A program made the translations under genes and the position numbers. From IMG/VR virus record IMGVR_UViG_3300030104_006170: a stretch of 64,000 nucleotides of DNA. One strand, given 5' to 3'. Below are positions 1-10,200 of this stretch, piece after piece (the stretch's first letter is position 1; every line of letters starts with the position of its first letter). The stretch is from a virus. Its lineage: Duplodnaviria; Caudoviricetes. Under the pieces are notes generated by a model, which was not told the DNA's origin, made no database searches, and saw only the letters and a program-made list of their open reading frames with translations.

Positions 1-441
1 GTATTTAGCTGCTAATAATTTACATAAAACATAGTAGTCTGACAAATACACATCTATTTCAACTTCATTTCTATAGTATTTTACTAGGTTATCTGTTCCT
101 CTAACTCCCACTGAAACATATTTTTTATCTCTTGTGAATACTTTATTTGATGACGGTGTTTGCCATACTGCATTATTTATAGTATACCCATTACTTATAG
201 AGTTCTTATAATTGTTATCTTGTCCTGTTGCATCAGGTATATAACCTAATTGTGCGGAATTGTTAGCGGTGCTACTACTATCACCATGTGCTTGTGTATT
301 TCTATAATCAATGTTACCATCTGAAATAACAAATTTATCAAATAAACTTATAAAACTACCTGTTGATAGCATTAATTGACGACCTTGTTCAGTTAACTGA
401 ACTGTCAATGTTGTTGCTGTTTGTGCACTTATATAACCCAT
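1..441 (-). CDS. Partial ORF (147 codons, runs off left edge), putative baseplate/tail-collar family paralog
   Basis: Not in the ORF track. ATG at 441 opens MGYISAQTATTLTVQLTEQGRQLMLSTGSFISLFDKFVISDGNIDY with no stop to position 1. N-terminus resembles those of the two neighbouring genes 494..1276 and 1276..3684. Confidence 0.8.
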   Translation of the reverse strand, partial: MGYISAQTATTLTVQLTEQGRQLMLSTGSFISLFDKFVISDGNIDYRNTQAHGDSSSTANNSAQLGYIPDATGQDNNYKNSISNGYTINNAVWQTPSSNKVFTRDKKYVSVGVRGTDNLVKYYRNEVEIDVYLSDYYVLCKLLAAKY

Positions 442-493
442 ATTATTATTCTCTTACTATATAATTATCTCGTTAAACGATTTCTTACCATTA

Positions 494-1276
494 TTACACA
501 CATTTTAAACAATCACCATTACATGGTGATTCACCACCTAAATGTTTACATAATAAACAATAAACTTCTTTATTTTTACAATAACTTTCTATACTTCTAT
601 TATTATACCTTAAACATTCCATAAAAATCATCAAGTCTTTTTTATCTACAATACCGTCACCGTTAAAATCCCCAACTAATTCATTACCTACTTTAGCTTC
701 AGTACCTATTAAATTTAAAAAAACTATTAAATCTTTTATATCAACCATACCATCTCCGTTAAAGTCAGCACAACTCACACAATATGAGGGGTAGAATTCT
801 GTCACGTTGTGACCTACTTCCCAACATGTGTCAAAATTTCCACTGGTTGGGTTTTCTATTTCTTCCGGTTTTTCTGGTTGTTTGTATTTTGCCCAAAGTG
901 TACTAGTATTCGTGGGTCCAACACCTAGGGTTGTATCTAATAAAGATACTACACCTGATTTAATATTAGTTCTTGCTCCCCTAAAAATCGAGGGTAGTGT
1001 ACCAAAACTTTGTTTAGTACTTGTTGGTTCTCCACCTCTTGCATCTGGTAAATCATAAAAACATGAACCTGTAAAAGCACTTAACCCTGTTTGACCGCTA
1101 CAACTACCACTACCAACAAATCTACGATAATCAATATCAGAATCACCCAAGCCAAATTGTGCTATTGCGTCCATTAAACCATTTCCTGTACCAATAACGC
1201 TTCTACCATAATCGGAAAGATATAACCTAAATGTGTTACCAGATAATGTATTATTGTAAATCCCTAAATACCCCAT
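494..1276 (-). CDS. Virion-associated protein with C-terminal dockerin-like (paired EF-hand) domain
   Basis: Two copies of [AG]DFNGDG[MI]VDxKDL followed by amphipathic helices (aa 170-222); Cys-rich C-terminus; shared N-terminal module LSDYGR..FGLGDSDIDY. Confidence 0.7.
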   Translation of the reverse strand: MGYLGIYNNTLSGNTFRLYLSDYGRSVIGTGNGLMDAIAQFGLGDSDIDYRRFVGSGSCSGQTGLSAFTGSCFYDLPDARGGEPTSTKQSFGTLPSIFRGARTNIKSGVVSLLDTTLGVGPTNTSTLWAKYKQPEKPEEIENPTSGNFDTCWEVGHNVTEFYPSYCVSCADFNGDGMVDIKDLIVFLNLIGTEAKVGNELVGDFNGDGIVDKKDLMIFMECLRYNNRSIESYCKNKEVYCLLCKHLGGESPCNGDCLKCV

Positions 1277-3684
1277 TAAAAATCAATAGATATAGTAAAT
1301 TGCTGAGTACTTGTTCTTTCAACAGGTGACTGCAATTTTGCTATAGCCATTAAGTCTGGGAACCCGTTCTCATTATCATATAAACCAATTTCGGTTAACC
1401 TTGGATTGGTGTAACCATTAACGGCTGTATAATCTAACCATGTTGGGTTGGTGGAGGTAACGTATTGATTAGCACCTAACTGTACCACGTGTTTCATTTC
1501 GTATATGGTTGCCATAATATCAGTTTCTATACTACCATAAAAGAAATATTCGTCACCAAAATTCAATCCCGCTAAATCACCATTTTGTGGTATAGTGATA
1601 TAATCATTTAAACTATAATTTGTAGGTGTTGGATTACACGTTGGGTCTGTGTCATTTCCAGTTAGAAAAAATGTTTGATTTATGATGTTAGTTGCAGCTA
1701 TTTTAGTTCCTAATGTGTGTCCTGGGATGTCACCTGTAATATCTTTCATGTTCCAACCATGTGGAGAAACTTTTTGTCCGTTTGGTACTATTTGCCATAA
1801 TATATGTAATGTGTCCGCTTCCCACCCAGTACCAGTTAAAGCAAAATTATCTCTTAAATAAGGGAATTCTGCACCTAAGGTAATCCCAACATCAAATGCA
1901 GTTTCACCTGGTTCTAAAGTTTCATTAACATAATAATTACAATGTAAACCAGTACCCACTCCAGCATTACCAACTGTATTATTTTCAAATAAGTAAGTCA
2001 TATATAGTGTATCCCCCGGATTTTGTACCGCTCCAAATGTAGCACACGCACCAGTAGGACATCCTGTACCAGCTGGAACTTTTTGGGTTCTAGGTGCTGG
2101 TAAAGTCCAACTTCTATTAGATTTATAAGACATAGCTGCTAATAATTCTTCATCATCTATAACAATCATTTTATAGTCTGGGAATACTTTACCTACTCTA
2201 TTAGGTGTTGCCCCACTACCTATATTGTCATCCCACAAATGATAATATCTTAAACCATCATCATTCATGTTTATGTTTTTACTAGATAACATTAAGTGAG
2301 GGTTGACTGGAAATACATCTGGGTAAGATTGTGGGTCCACATAAAAAGTTTGACCTAATATGGTTTCATTACCAGCACCAGTTCCTACCCCTGAACCCTG
2401 CGAACTCTTTTTATGCCACATTAACCAAGGTAAATGTAATTTAAAGTTTTTAGCTTCTCCAATAGTAGTCATGGTAGTATCTTTCATGGCAAATTTTTCA
2501 CCATAAAAATCTGTAGTAGAATTATTTGTGTAGTGTATGAAACCAGCACATTTCTGGTCTTCTGGTAAAACCACTCTTGTATTATAAAAAGAATCAAAGT
2601 AAAAAGTACCACCAATAACTGAAGGGTGATAAGTATCAGTAACTTGATTCGTAAAAGATTGTCCATCGTTACTTTCTAAACCAAAGTATTCTTTGGACCC
2701 ACAATAACCACTAGAGCCATAATTGTCCACCCCTACAAAAACACCATTTGTTGGTGATGCTACTCCCGCTACTTGATGTGTCCAATTTATATTCATATTC
2801 CATATTTTAACATCTGAATTAGATGTATCACAACAATTGTTAAAAGATAATGTATCGTCACACCAACAATTAATAGTACTAGCGGTATTATATATACTAG
2901 ATAGGGTAGTAGAATTAGCAGATGATGCTGGATATACTCGTACTCTCATACAAACATCGTCCATTTGAGTGGTCACCCCACTAAAATTAGGAAGTGCCCT
3001 ATCTACGGTCAAATATAAAGCGGCGTCTGTAGATGCTGAATTATTATTACCTGCCACTACTTGATAGAATAAGGTTGTTGATGCTGCACTATAATTAAGT
3101 TGTGAACAGTTTGCTCCTGAAAATTCGTAGGTTACCGAAAGTAAATCACCTATTACTGGTGAATATTGTTGTAAAGAACACATGGTGTAAGCTGTATGTA
3201 ACAACATCTGACTTCCACCTGTCATTGCAGAGGCACAAAATAACCAATCTGATGATAATGTATAAGAACCACCAGTATTAGCAGAAAAATAAGTATAAGA
3301 ACCTTGTCCTGCAGCAGTATTATCAGTTGTTCCAGTAAAAAATCCTCTTAGAGTTGCAGTATTATAAACATCGTTTTGTTGGTGTTGGGGTATGGTTGGG
3401 CCAAAGGTATCACCACTACTTAATCCACCCACTAATGGGTATTTCACATGACCTTTATTTTTTTCAGGCATAGGGTTTAAGTTCTGTGCATTGTGTTCTG
3501 CCTGTAATATAAATAAACCTGGACTTGCTGCTGGTTGTTGTGCGTAACAATCATAGTTAACTTCACTGTCACCTATTTGGAAAAGTCCGATGTTTAATTT
3601 TCCTTCTGATAGTTTTCTTCTACCGGCATCGGTAAGACGAGCGACTATCGCTCCTTGTGTACTGTTTTTAATTATATAACTCAT
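1276..3684 (-). CDS. Baseplate wedge / tail-collar fibre-attachment-like protein
   Basis: N-terminal LTDAGRRKL..FQIGDSEVNY and C-terminal LTEIGLYD..LMAIAKLQSPV motifs typical of phage tail-collar (DUF3751-like) proteins; lies in the tail cluster. Confidence 0.55.
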   Translation of the reverse strand: MSYIIKNSTQGAIVARLTDAGRRKLSEGKLNIGLFQIGDSEVNYDCYAQQPAASPGLFILQAEHNAQNLNPMPEKNKGHVKYPLVGGLSSGDTFGPTIPQHQQNDVYNTATLRGFFTGTTDNTAAGQGSYTYFSANTGGSYTLSSDWLFCASAMTGGSQMLLHTAYTMCSLQQYSPVIGDLLSVTYEFSGANCSQLNYSAASTTLFYQVVAGNNNSASTDAALYLTVDRALPNFSGVTTQMDDVCMRVRVYPASSANSTTLSSIYNTASTINCWCDDTLSFNNCCDTSNSDVKIWNMNINWTHQVAGVASPTNGVFVGVDNYGSSGYCGSKEYFGLESNDGQSFTNQVTDTYHPSVIGGTFYFDSFYNTRVVLPEDQKCAGFIHYTNNSTTDFYGEKFAMKDTTMTTIGEAKNFKLHLPWLMWHKKSSQGSGVGTGAGNETILGQTFYVDPQSYPDVFPVNPHLMLSSKNINMNDDGLRYYHLWDDNIGSGATPNRVGKVFPDYKMIVIDDEELLAAMSYKSNRSWTLPAPRTQKVPAGTGCPTGACATFGAVQNPGDTLYMTYLFENNTVGNAGVGTGLHCNYYVNETLEPGETAFDVGITLGAEFPYLRDNFALTGTGWEADTLHILWQIVPNGQKVSPHGWNMKDITGDIPGHTLGTKIAATNIINQTFFLTGNDTDPTCNPTPTNYSLNDYITIPQNGDLAGLNFGDEYFFYGSIETDIMATIYEMKHVVQLGANQYVTSTNPTWLDYTAVNGYTNPRLTEIGLYDNENGFPDLMAIAKLQSPVERTSTQQFTISIDF

Positions 3685-3726
3685 AGTTTTTTACTTTATA
3701 CATAAATACATTTTATTTCAAAATGT

Positions 3727-6700
3727 TTAATATCCACCCCTAAATCCCTCAGCTCCACCTGGACCCGTATCATTACGTGGATTTATACCTGAAGGGGAAT
3801 AAAATACATTTCTTGTTATTTCAAATGGAACTACATCCGTTTGACTTGTAGAATATACACTTTCACCATTTAATAAAGGATATTGTCTGGTGATACTTAC
3901 TCTATATTTGTAATTACCTGGTTCTGGTGGTAATAATGTGAAAGAACAATAAACAGCACCTACTTTTTCGGCTGGTATTGTCTTACTTAATTGTTGTACT
4001 ACATTACCGTCATCATTAAATAATCTAACTCTAACAACATCAATTAATGCTTTATCTTTTAAATAATTTATAGGTATTTGTGGTTCTTTATTCATACTAA
4101 GACCCGCTAACATGTAAATAGTTTTGTAAAATAACGCAAAAGTATCACCTGATTGATATGTGTCTGTAGAAGACAATAATTGTATTCTTGTGTCACTTAC
4201 TTTAGTATAACCACTTAAACCTTCTCCTTGGGTAACACCGTTTATAGCTAATGCCACACCCCCAAATGATTGTTTTTCTAAATTAATATAGTAATAACCA
4301 TTTTCCTCAAATATCATTTCAGTATCTGTTGTACTAACAGTTGCTGGCATTGTAAAAAATTGTGCCCATGAACCTCCCGCAGAATCATAAATAAATTGTA
4401 GTTGGTCTCCGTTCTGAACTGTCTCTGGAAAGAATGTGACTGCTCTATGACCTAAAGATAATTTATAATCACCAGTAGGTAGTATGGTGTGGTAATTAGA
4501 AACATCGGTACCTCCAGCGTCAGTTAAAGAATCTATCCCTGTAACACCTGACATTCCTTCTGATACTACAATACCATTAACTGTAACTAGTGGAACACTA
4601 GGTCTAGCACTTCTAATTTCGTGTGTATATGTAGCACTACTAAATTGAGGTGTGGTTGGTGATGGCATATTAGTTACCACGGTAGTATCTATCATCATCT
4701 GTGGTACAGAAAATGGTAGTCTGAAATCGTCTAGTGATAGACTTGGTACTGGTGGGTCTTTTAGTAGAGCCATGTAAAAATCCTGACTAGTAGAAACCAA
4801 TTCTTGTGGTGGGTAAAATGCTGTGTCAATCCACACATCGTTAGGTGATGTTTTATCTTTAAATAAGTAACTTGGTCTTACGATGTATTCCCAACTACTT
4901 CCAGTACAGAAGCCTGACCATGGAATAAAAGTACTTGCACTTATTATAGTACTTTGACTGGTTTCATCATAATAACTAGGTAAAGTATCAAAAATAGCTT
5001 CATAGACTGGTGAAGTTGCGATTCTATCTTCTTCTGTTATATAAGGATATATTCTAAACTTTGGGTACATATTACCGAATAACATATCGGTATTATTACC
5101 CCCGTAATATACTTTTATTTCACCACCACCACCTTGACTTGCATTATAAACTGACAATGCTGGTTTATTACCTATTTGTGTACTTAGTTTGACATTTGGT
5201 TTACTTAAACCAACAATACTAACACTAGGTGATGGCATTGTTTGTAAAGACACATTGACTCTTGGATTAACTTTCGGGACATTGGGTTCCGTAGAAGAGT
5301 AACTACTAGTATCATTAGTTTGTATTATATTAGTGGTTGTCCCAGTAGTAGCTGTAATAGTTACTGTATTTGCGGGACCTAAACTATTTCCACAGTCTGG
5401 TGGTAGAATTTCTTGTTGTGATGGGTTACCTGTAAAAGTAATATGATAGAAACTCAAATTAGGTTGTGAAGCTTGTCCATAACCAATTCTTTTAGAACCT
5501 AAAAATTTACATAAATCATATCTTTGTAACCAATCATATTCATCATAAGCAGAAAAAGAGTTTCCAGACCATGTGGTTCTATCTAAAAGATTAAAATTAA
5601 TGTCGTACCTTGGATTATATCCGTTTGTTTGTCCTATCGCTCTAGTTGCACTCGCACCTGTACCCATTGTTTCAGTAAATTGTATATGAAAGTGTTCTCC
5701 TGTAGTACCTGAGCGATTTATTTTAACTCTTACTGCTCCCATAGCTTGCCAAGCTCCGGTTCCTGCACTAAAAGGTGTAAGATAATCATCAAAATTAGCT
5801 ATGGTTACTTTACCCGCGTTAGGATTTACACTAGTACATGCGCCTTGGAAACAATCTCTAAACTGATAACCTTCTCTTTTAAAACCGAAACCACTACTAC
5901 CCGCATTGTGACCTATACTAATTTTTCCTGATGTACCATTAGCTTGTAAATACAAACTATATGTAAACCCAGATGGTCCATATTTTGCGTCATCATCTCT
6001 AAATGCAGCCAAAAATATATAGAGACTATCATTGTCTGAAGTAGCATTAAATGTAGTTTCCCACGAATAATTATTATATGAACATAAACTTAACATACCA
6101 CCAACACTAGCATTATTAGCTGTAGAACTAGCATAAAATTTACCATTAGTTCCAGCGTCAGGATATATACCACCAAATTGTTCTACTGTACCTCCTCCTG
6201 GGTCAATTGTAACATCAATAGGTGAGACGTTAGTTATTGAAAATCCTGATGTTGCTCCTGTTAAATTAGAACTTCTAGGATTACCTGGTATCCCATAATT
6301 TTCACGTGGGTCATAAGTTATCCAACTTATGACAGCACCATATGATGGCCATAGATATTCAAATTTGTTAATTACACTATTGTAATAAAAATACCCTATG
6401 TTAGCTGCGGTCCTAGCTATAACAGGGCCTACATTATTATCACCCTCTTCTTTAGTCAATGCACTAACACCTAAATACCAATTTTTTCCTAAATCGGTTT
6501 TTCTAGTTAAAGTATCACCAGTATAAAACCAAACATAAGGGTTGTCACTATCTATAGTACCATCTGGTAATATTCCTGTTTCATAATATATTTGGGTACC
6601 TCCTGTAGCAGGACCCCAACCAGACTTAAATGATAAATGAAAAGGTGCGTTAGGAAGAAAATTTTCCCATGTATTACCAATAATGTTAGGTAGTAACCAA

Positions 6701-7275
6701 CCATACGAGGCTCCATTGTCATTAAAATTATATGCTGTACAACCACTTTGTGATGGTCTGGTATCAAAATCTATTATTTTTTCTTCCATTACTGTAACAG
6801 TATATAAGCCATTTTCTATACCACTGAAAGCATGACGTGTATTTCCTGTATTACCATAATAGATGTCTACTAATTTATTATTTTTTCTTAACTCATATGT
6901 GTACGTGGGTGTTGTGGTAGTAGAGTCGGATATTGTTATTTCCCCTTTTTTATTTGGGTCTAGTACACAATCATCGTTAGTTAAACTAGCTTCTATACTG
7001 GGTACTGTAAAAGCACTCAGTGTTATTGTGGTAGTTGCAGTAGCTCCAGTATAATCTGTTATAGTAGCTACATAATCATCAGCACATAAATTACTAATAT
7101 CAAAAGTATCTGCTGTATATAAAGTATTAGTACCTGACCAAGTTACTAAGTAAGGTGCACTATTAGTACTAGCAGATATATTGGCTCCTATAATACTTCC
7201 ATTACAAGAACCACTTAAAGTGTTGGTTATTTTATAACCATTTAATTTCATATTACCTACATACGATATTGACAT
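3727..7275 (-). CDS. Large virion/fibre protein with N-terminal SprB-like repeats
   Basis: Two repeats C.G.I......PY..TW....I.NL....Y..TITD / ..Y.YEL....FSGIENGLYTVTV; Thr/Ser/Gly-rich; context among tail genes. Confidence 0.55.
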   Translation of the reverse strand: MSISYVGNMKLNGYKITNTLSGSCNGSIIGANISASTNSAPYLVTWSGTNTLYTADTFDISNLCADDYVATITDYTGATATTTITLSAFTVPSIEASLTNDDCVLDPNKKGEITISDSTTTTPTYTYELRKNNKLVDIYYGNTGNTRHAFSGIENGLYTVTVMEEKIIDFDTRPSQSGCTAYNFNDNGASYGWLLPNIIGNTWENFLPNAPFHLSFKSGWGPATGGTQIYYETGILPDGTIDSDNPYVWFYTGDTLTRKTDLGKNWYLGVSALTKEEGDNNVGPVIARTAANIGYFYYNSVINKFEYLWPSYGAVISWITYDPRENYGIPGNPRSSNLTGATSGFSITNVSPIDVTIDPGGGTVEQFGGIYPDAGTNGKFYASSTANNASVGGMLSLCSYNNYSWETTFNATSDNDSLYIFLAAFRDDDAKYGPSGFTYSLYLQANGTSGKISIGHNAGSSGFGFKREGYQFRDCFQGACTSVNPNAGKVTIANFDDYLTPFSAGTGAWQAMGAVRVKINRSGTTGEHFHIQFTETMGTGASATRAIGQTNGYNPRYDINFNLLDRTTWSGNSFSAYDEYDWLQRYDLCKFLGSKRIGYGQASQPNLSFYHITFTGNPSQQEILPPDCGNSLGPANTVTITATTGTTTNIIQTNDTSSYSSTEPNVPKVNPRVNVSLQTMPSPSVSIVGLSKPNVKLSTQIGNKPALSVYNASQGGGGEIKVYYGGNNTDMLFGNMYPKFRIYPYITEEDRIATSPVYEAIFDTLPSYYDETSQSTIISASTFIPWSGFCTGSSWEYIVRPSYLFKDKTSPNDVWIDTAFYPPQELVSTSQDFYMALLKDPPVPSLSLDDFRLPFSVPQMMIDTTVVTNMPSPTTPQFSSATYTHEIRSARPSVPLVTVNGIVVSEGMSGVTGIDSLTDAGGTDVSNYHTILPTGDYKLSLGHRAVTFFPETVQNGDQLQFIYDSAGGSWAQFFTMPATVSTTDTEMIFEENGYYYINLEKQSFGGVALAINGVTQGEGLSGYTKVSDTRIQLLSSTDTYQSGDTFALFYKTIYMLAGLSMNKEPQIPINYLKDKALIDVVRVRLFNDDGNVVQQLSKTIPAEKVGAVYCSFTLLPPEPGNYKYRVSITRQYPLLNGESVYSTSQTDVVPFEITRNVFYSPSGINPRNDTGPGGAEGFRGGY

Positions 7276-7288
7276 TATTTATCTTTTT

Positions 7289-10200
7289 TTAACATTCTTC
7301 TTTTAATGGTATACACCCTCTTTTTTCACACCAATAATGACCTTTTTTACAAACTCCAGCTTCTTCTTTTTCCTGTATAGATTCTTTTAAAATCCTTGTT
7401 ATTTCATCTTTTGAAGTTGGTTTACCTTTTACACCTTCTTCTACTACTGCTTTACTATCTATAACCGCTTCAGTTGCTGCTTCTTCTGTTGGACTTACAG
7501 GTTCTTTTGGTTTAGATGGGTCGTTATTATTGTCTACTCTTTCACACCTAGCGATACATTCATCCAAACTACTGTAGACACCTCTTGAATCTTGTATACA
7601 TAATCCACCCTTACAAGTATAGAATATTTCCATGTCACTAATATCTCCTGGACCTTTTACGGCTGCTTTTCCTTCTATTTCTACATCATCATCTTTGTCA
7701 TCTGGTTTAGGTTTTCCACGACCAGTTGTAGTTGCGGGGTTAACAATAATAGTTCCTTTTAACTTAATTGGTATCCCTGTTTCTGTTGTAGATTGTGCAT
7801 AGTCTTTAAGTTCTGAACAGTCTTCTATTATAACTGGTTTACATTTTGCATGTATTTGACTACAATGTTTTCTAGAATTTTCTACACAATCAGTACAATT
7901 TTGTCCTTCCAAATCAGTAAATAAATCTGTTATACCATATATAGGGTCTATTTCCAAATGTTCCGCAACATCTTGTCCACAATCACAAAAGTACTTGCAT
8001 ATAGTCTGGTTGGAAAGGGTTTTGGGTTTAGGATTAGAGTGTGATTCACTACTTAATATGGTTATTTCTTTACCGTCTATTGTTATTTTTTTATCTACGT
8101 TTTGTACTTTCCACCTATCTGGTCTTGTCTTGTGTAAAATATCATAATCACTTAATAATTTAGTTCCCGAACATGGTTTATAAAAATTACATGTTGGTGT
8201 AACAACTAGATAGTGGGTTAAATCATTACCAAAAAAGTTTTTAAATTCATTAATAATAACATAGGATTGTGTTATTTGTGGGAAATTAAAATCACATTTT
8301 GCTCCGAATTCACTATTATAGGTTGGTAAGTAGAAACAGAATATTCCTTCTTTTTTCATAGCCGTTAATTTATTTTGTGGGCTATTTGTTAACTGGTAGT
8401 CTTTTATAATATTGTCTTCTAGTAAATTTTTCCAATTATTTACTGGTGTTGGTGATGTTATGTCCCAAACTAATTTATGGTTAGGTGCAGAACTATCTAA
8501 AAAGGTTTGGTTTAAAAATGATTGTGGTGTTATAGTTGGTCTTTTTATATTACCACATTTACGGTCGGATAAATATAAAGTACCATCTAACCTAACTTCT
8601 TTATCCATACCATCTGTTTTCATTAAAAATGGTTTAGACTGTTTACTTGCGTCAAAAAATAAATTTTTATATATTATAGAACTAGATAATTTAACACCTC
8701 TATACCATGGTGATGCTATTTTATTACCTAAATTATCTATTTCATGTCCTAGATTAATATCTAAATTTGTAGTACCACCACCACCAAAGTAATTACCTTT
8801 AGATATTGATTCCCAATTTAAATCATAAGCTAACTCTATTATGTCTCCCGCAGCTAAACTTATTAGTCCGGTATCTAGAACAATTGGTATTTGTTTAGAA
8901 AAAATAGTTGTTGCTGATGCACCTGTGGTTATGCAAACATTGTATGTGTTGGAGAATTTATCATTTTCACTAACGTCTAATGTTAGGTAATTATCCGCAT
9001 ACCCATCAATATTCGCTCTTTTAACACTACTACTCACTATCGTAGAAGGTGTACCAGAGGTACCTCCTGTAACAGTACCTTCTGTTGTAGAACCACTACT
9101 ATATTTTAATATAGAAGCCTCAAAATTAAATTTCATAATACCACTATTGATTGGTGTTTGGTCCCACCAACCATCACCTGGTCTCTTAAATCTATAACCT
9201 GGATGAGCTTTACCTCCAGTATCTTGTAAGGTTGTTCTAGTTTCATCTTCTCCTCCTTGAATGATGGATGTGTTTATTAGTCTTTTAGTCTGATAATCAT
9301 TTTGTGGAAAAATTCCGGTAGTTGCTGTAACCGCACTAGGACATATACGACTTACATAATCACACCATTTAGTGTCTGTGTATTTAACATTTAAAAATGC
9401 TTTATAGGTAAACCTATATACCCCACTACTCTTAACAGTATAAGTCATATAGTGTTTAGGGTTATTCTCATCTAAAGCTAAAGACCCACCAGTATTACCA
9501 CTATAAACCCCACTAAAACTATAGGGTTTATATTGTTTATTAACATCATTTATCATTGGACAGATATATTCTCTATCCATATTACTTATTGGTATGCTTG
9601 TGGTTCCTGTAGTAGCTGAATGTGCTGAGAATGAATCACCACTTATATGTAAATCATAGGTATAATTTGGTTCGTAACTAGAACTTGTAGTGGAGGTAAA
9701 TGATGAATATATGTCCACTTTTTTCATACTATAAGTAGTCAAATAAAAATCAGTCGTACTATTTGCACTAATTGGTGCATAACAATATAATTCTGTTAGT
9801 AGTTGTTGATTTGTACTATTACTATCTTTACCTGTAACAGGCCCTAACTTTGGGTTGTAGTGATAATCACCAATATATGGTTCTCCATTAAGTTGTCTTA
9901 GTAATGTACCATCGCTATACATTTCTTTTGTGACTCCAGCATTATTATTTACCTTTGTTTTTTTCCTTGGGCAAATCATTATACTCTCTATGTAAGCGTC
10001 ACTGTCATAAGTAAATCTAACATCATTGTATTCATCTAATAAAGACCTTTCAATCCACTGGGATATTTTACTGTAAGTTTTTTTAGGTCGGACTATCGTA
10101 TCCCTACTATCAGATTGTTTGTTAACTACGGGATAAGTTTCTATATTACCTATTTGTTGTTTTTTTAGTTTTTCTGAAAACGCTATAAGTTGTTCTCTAC

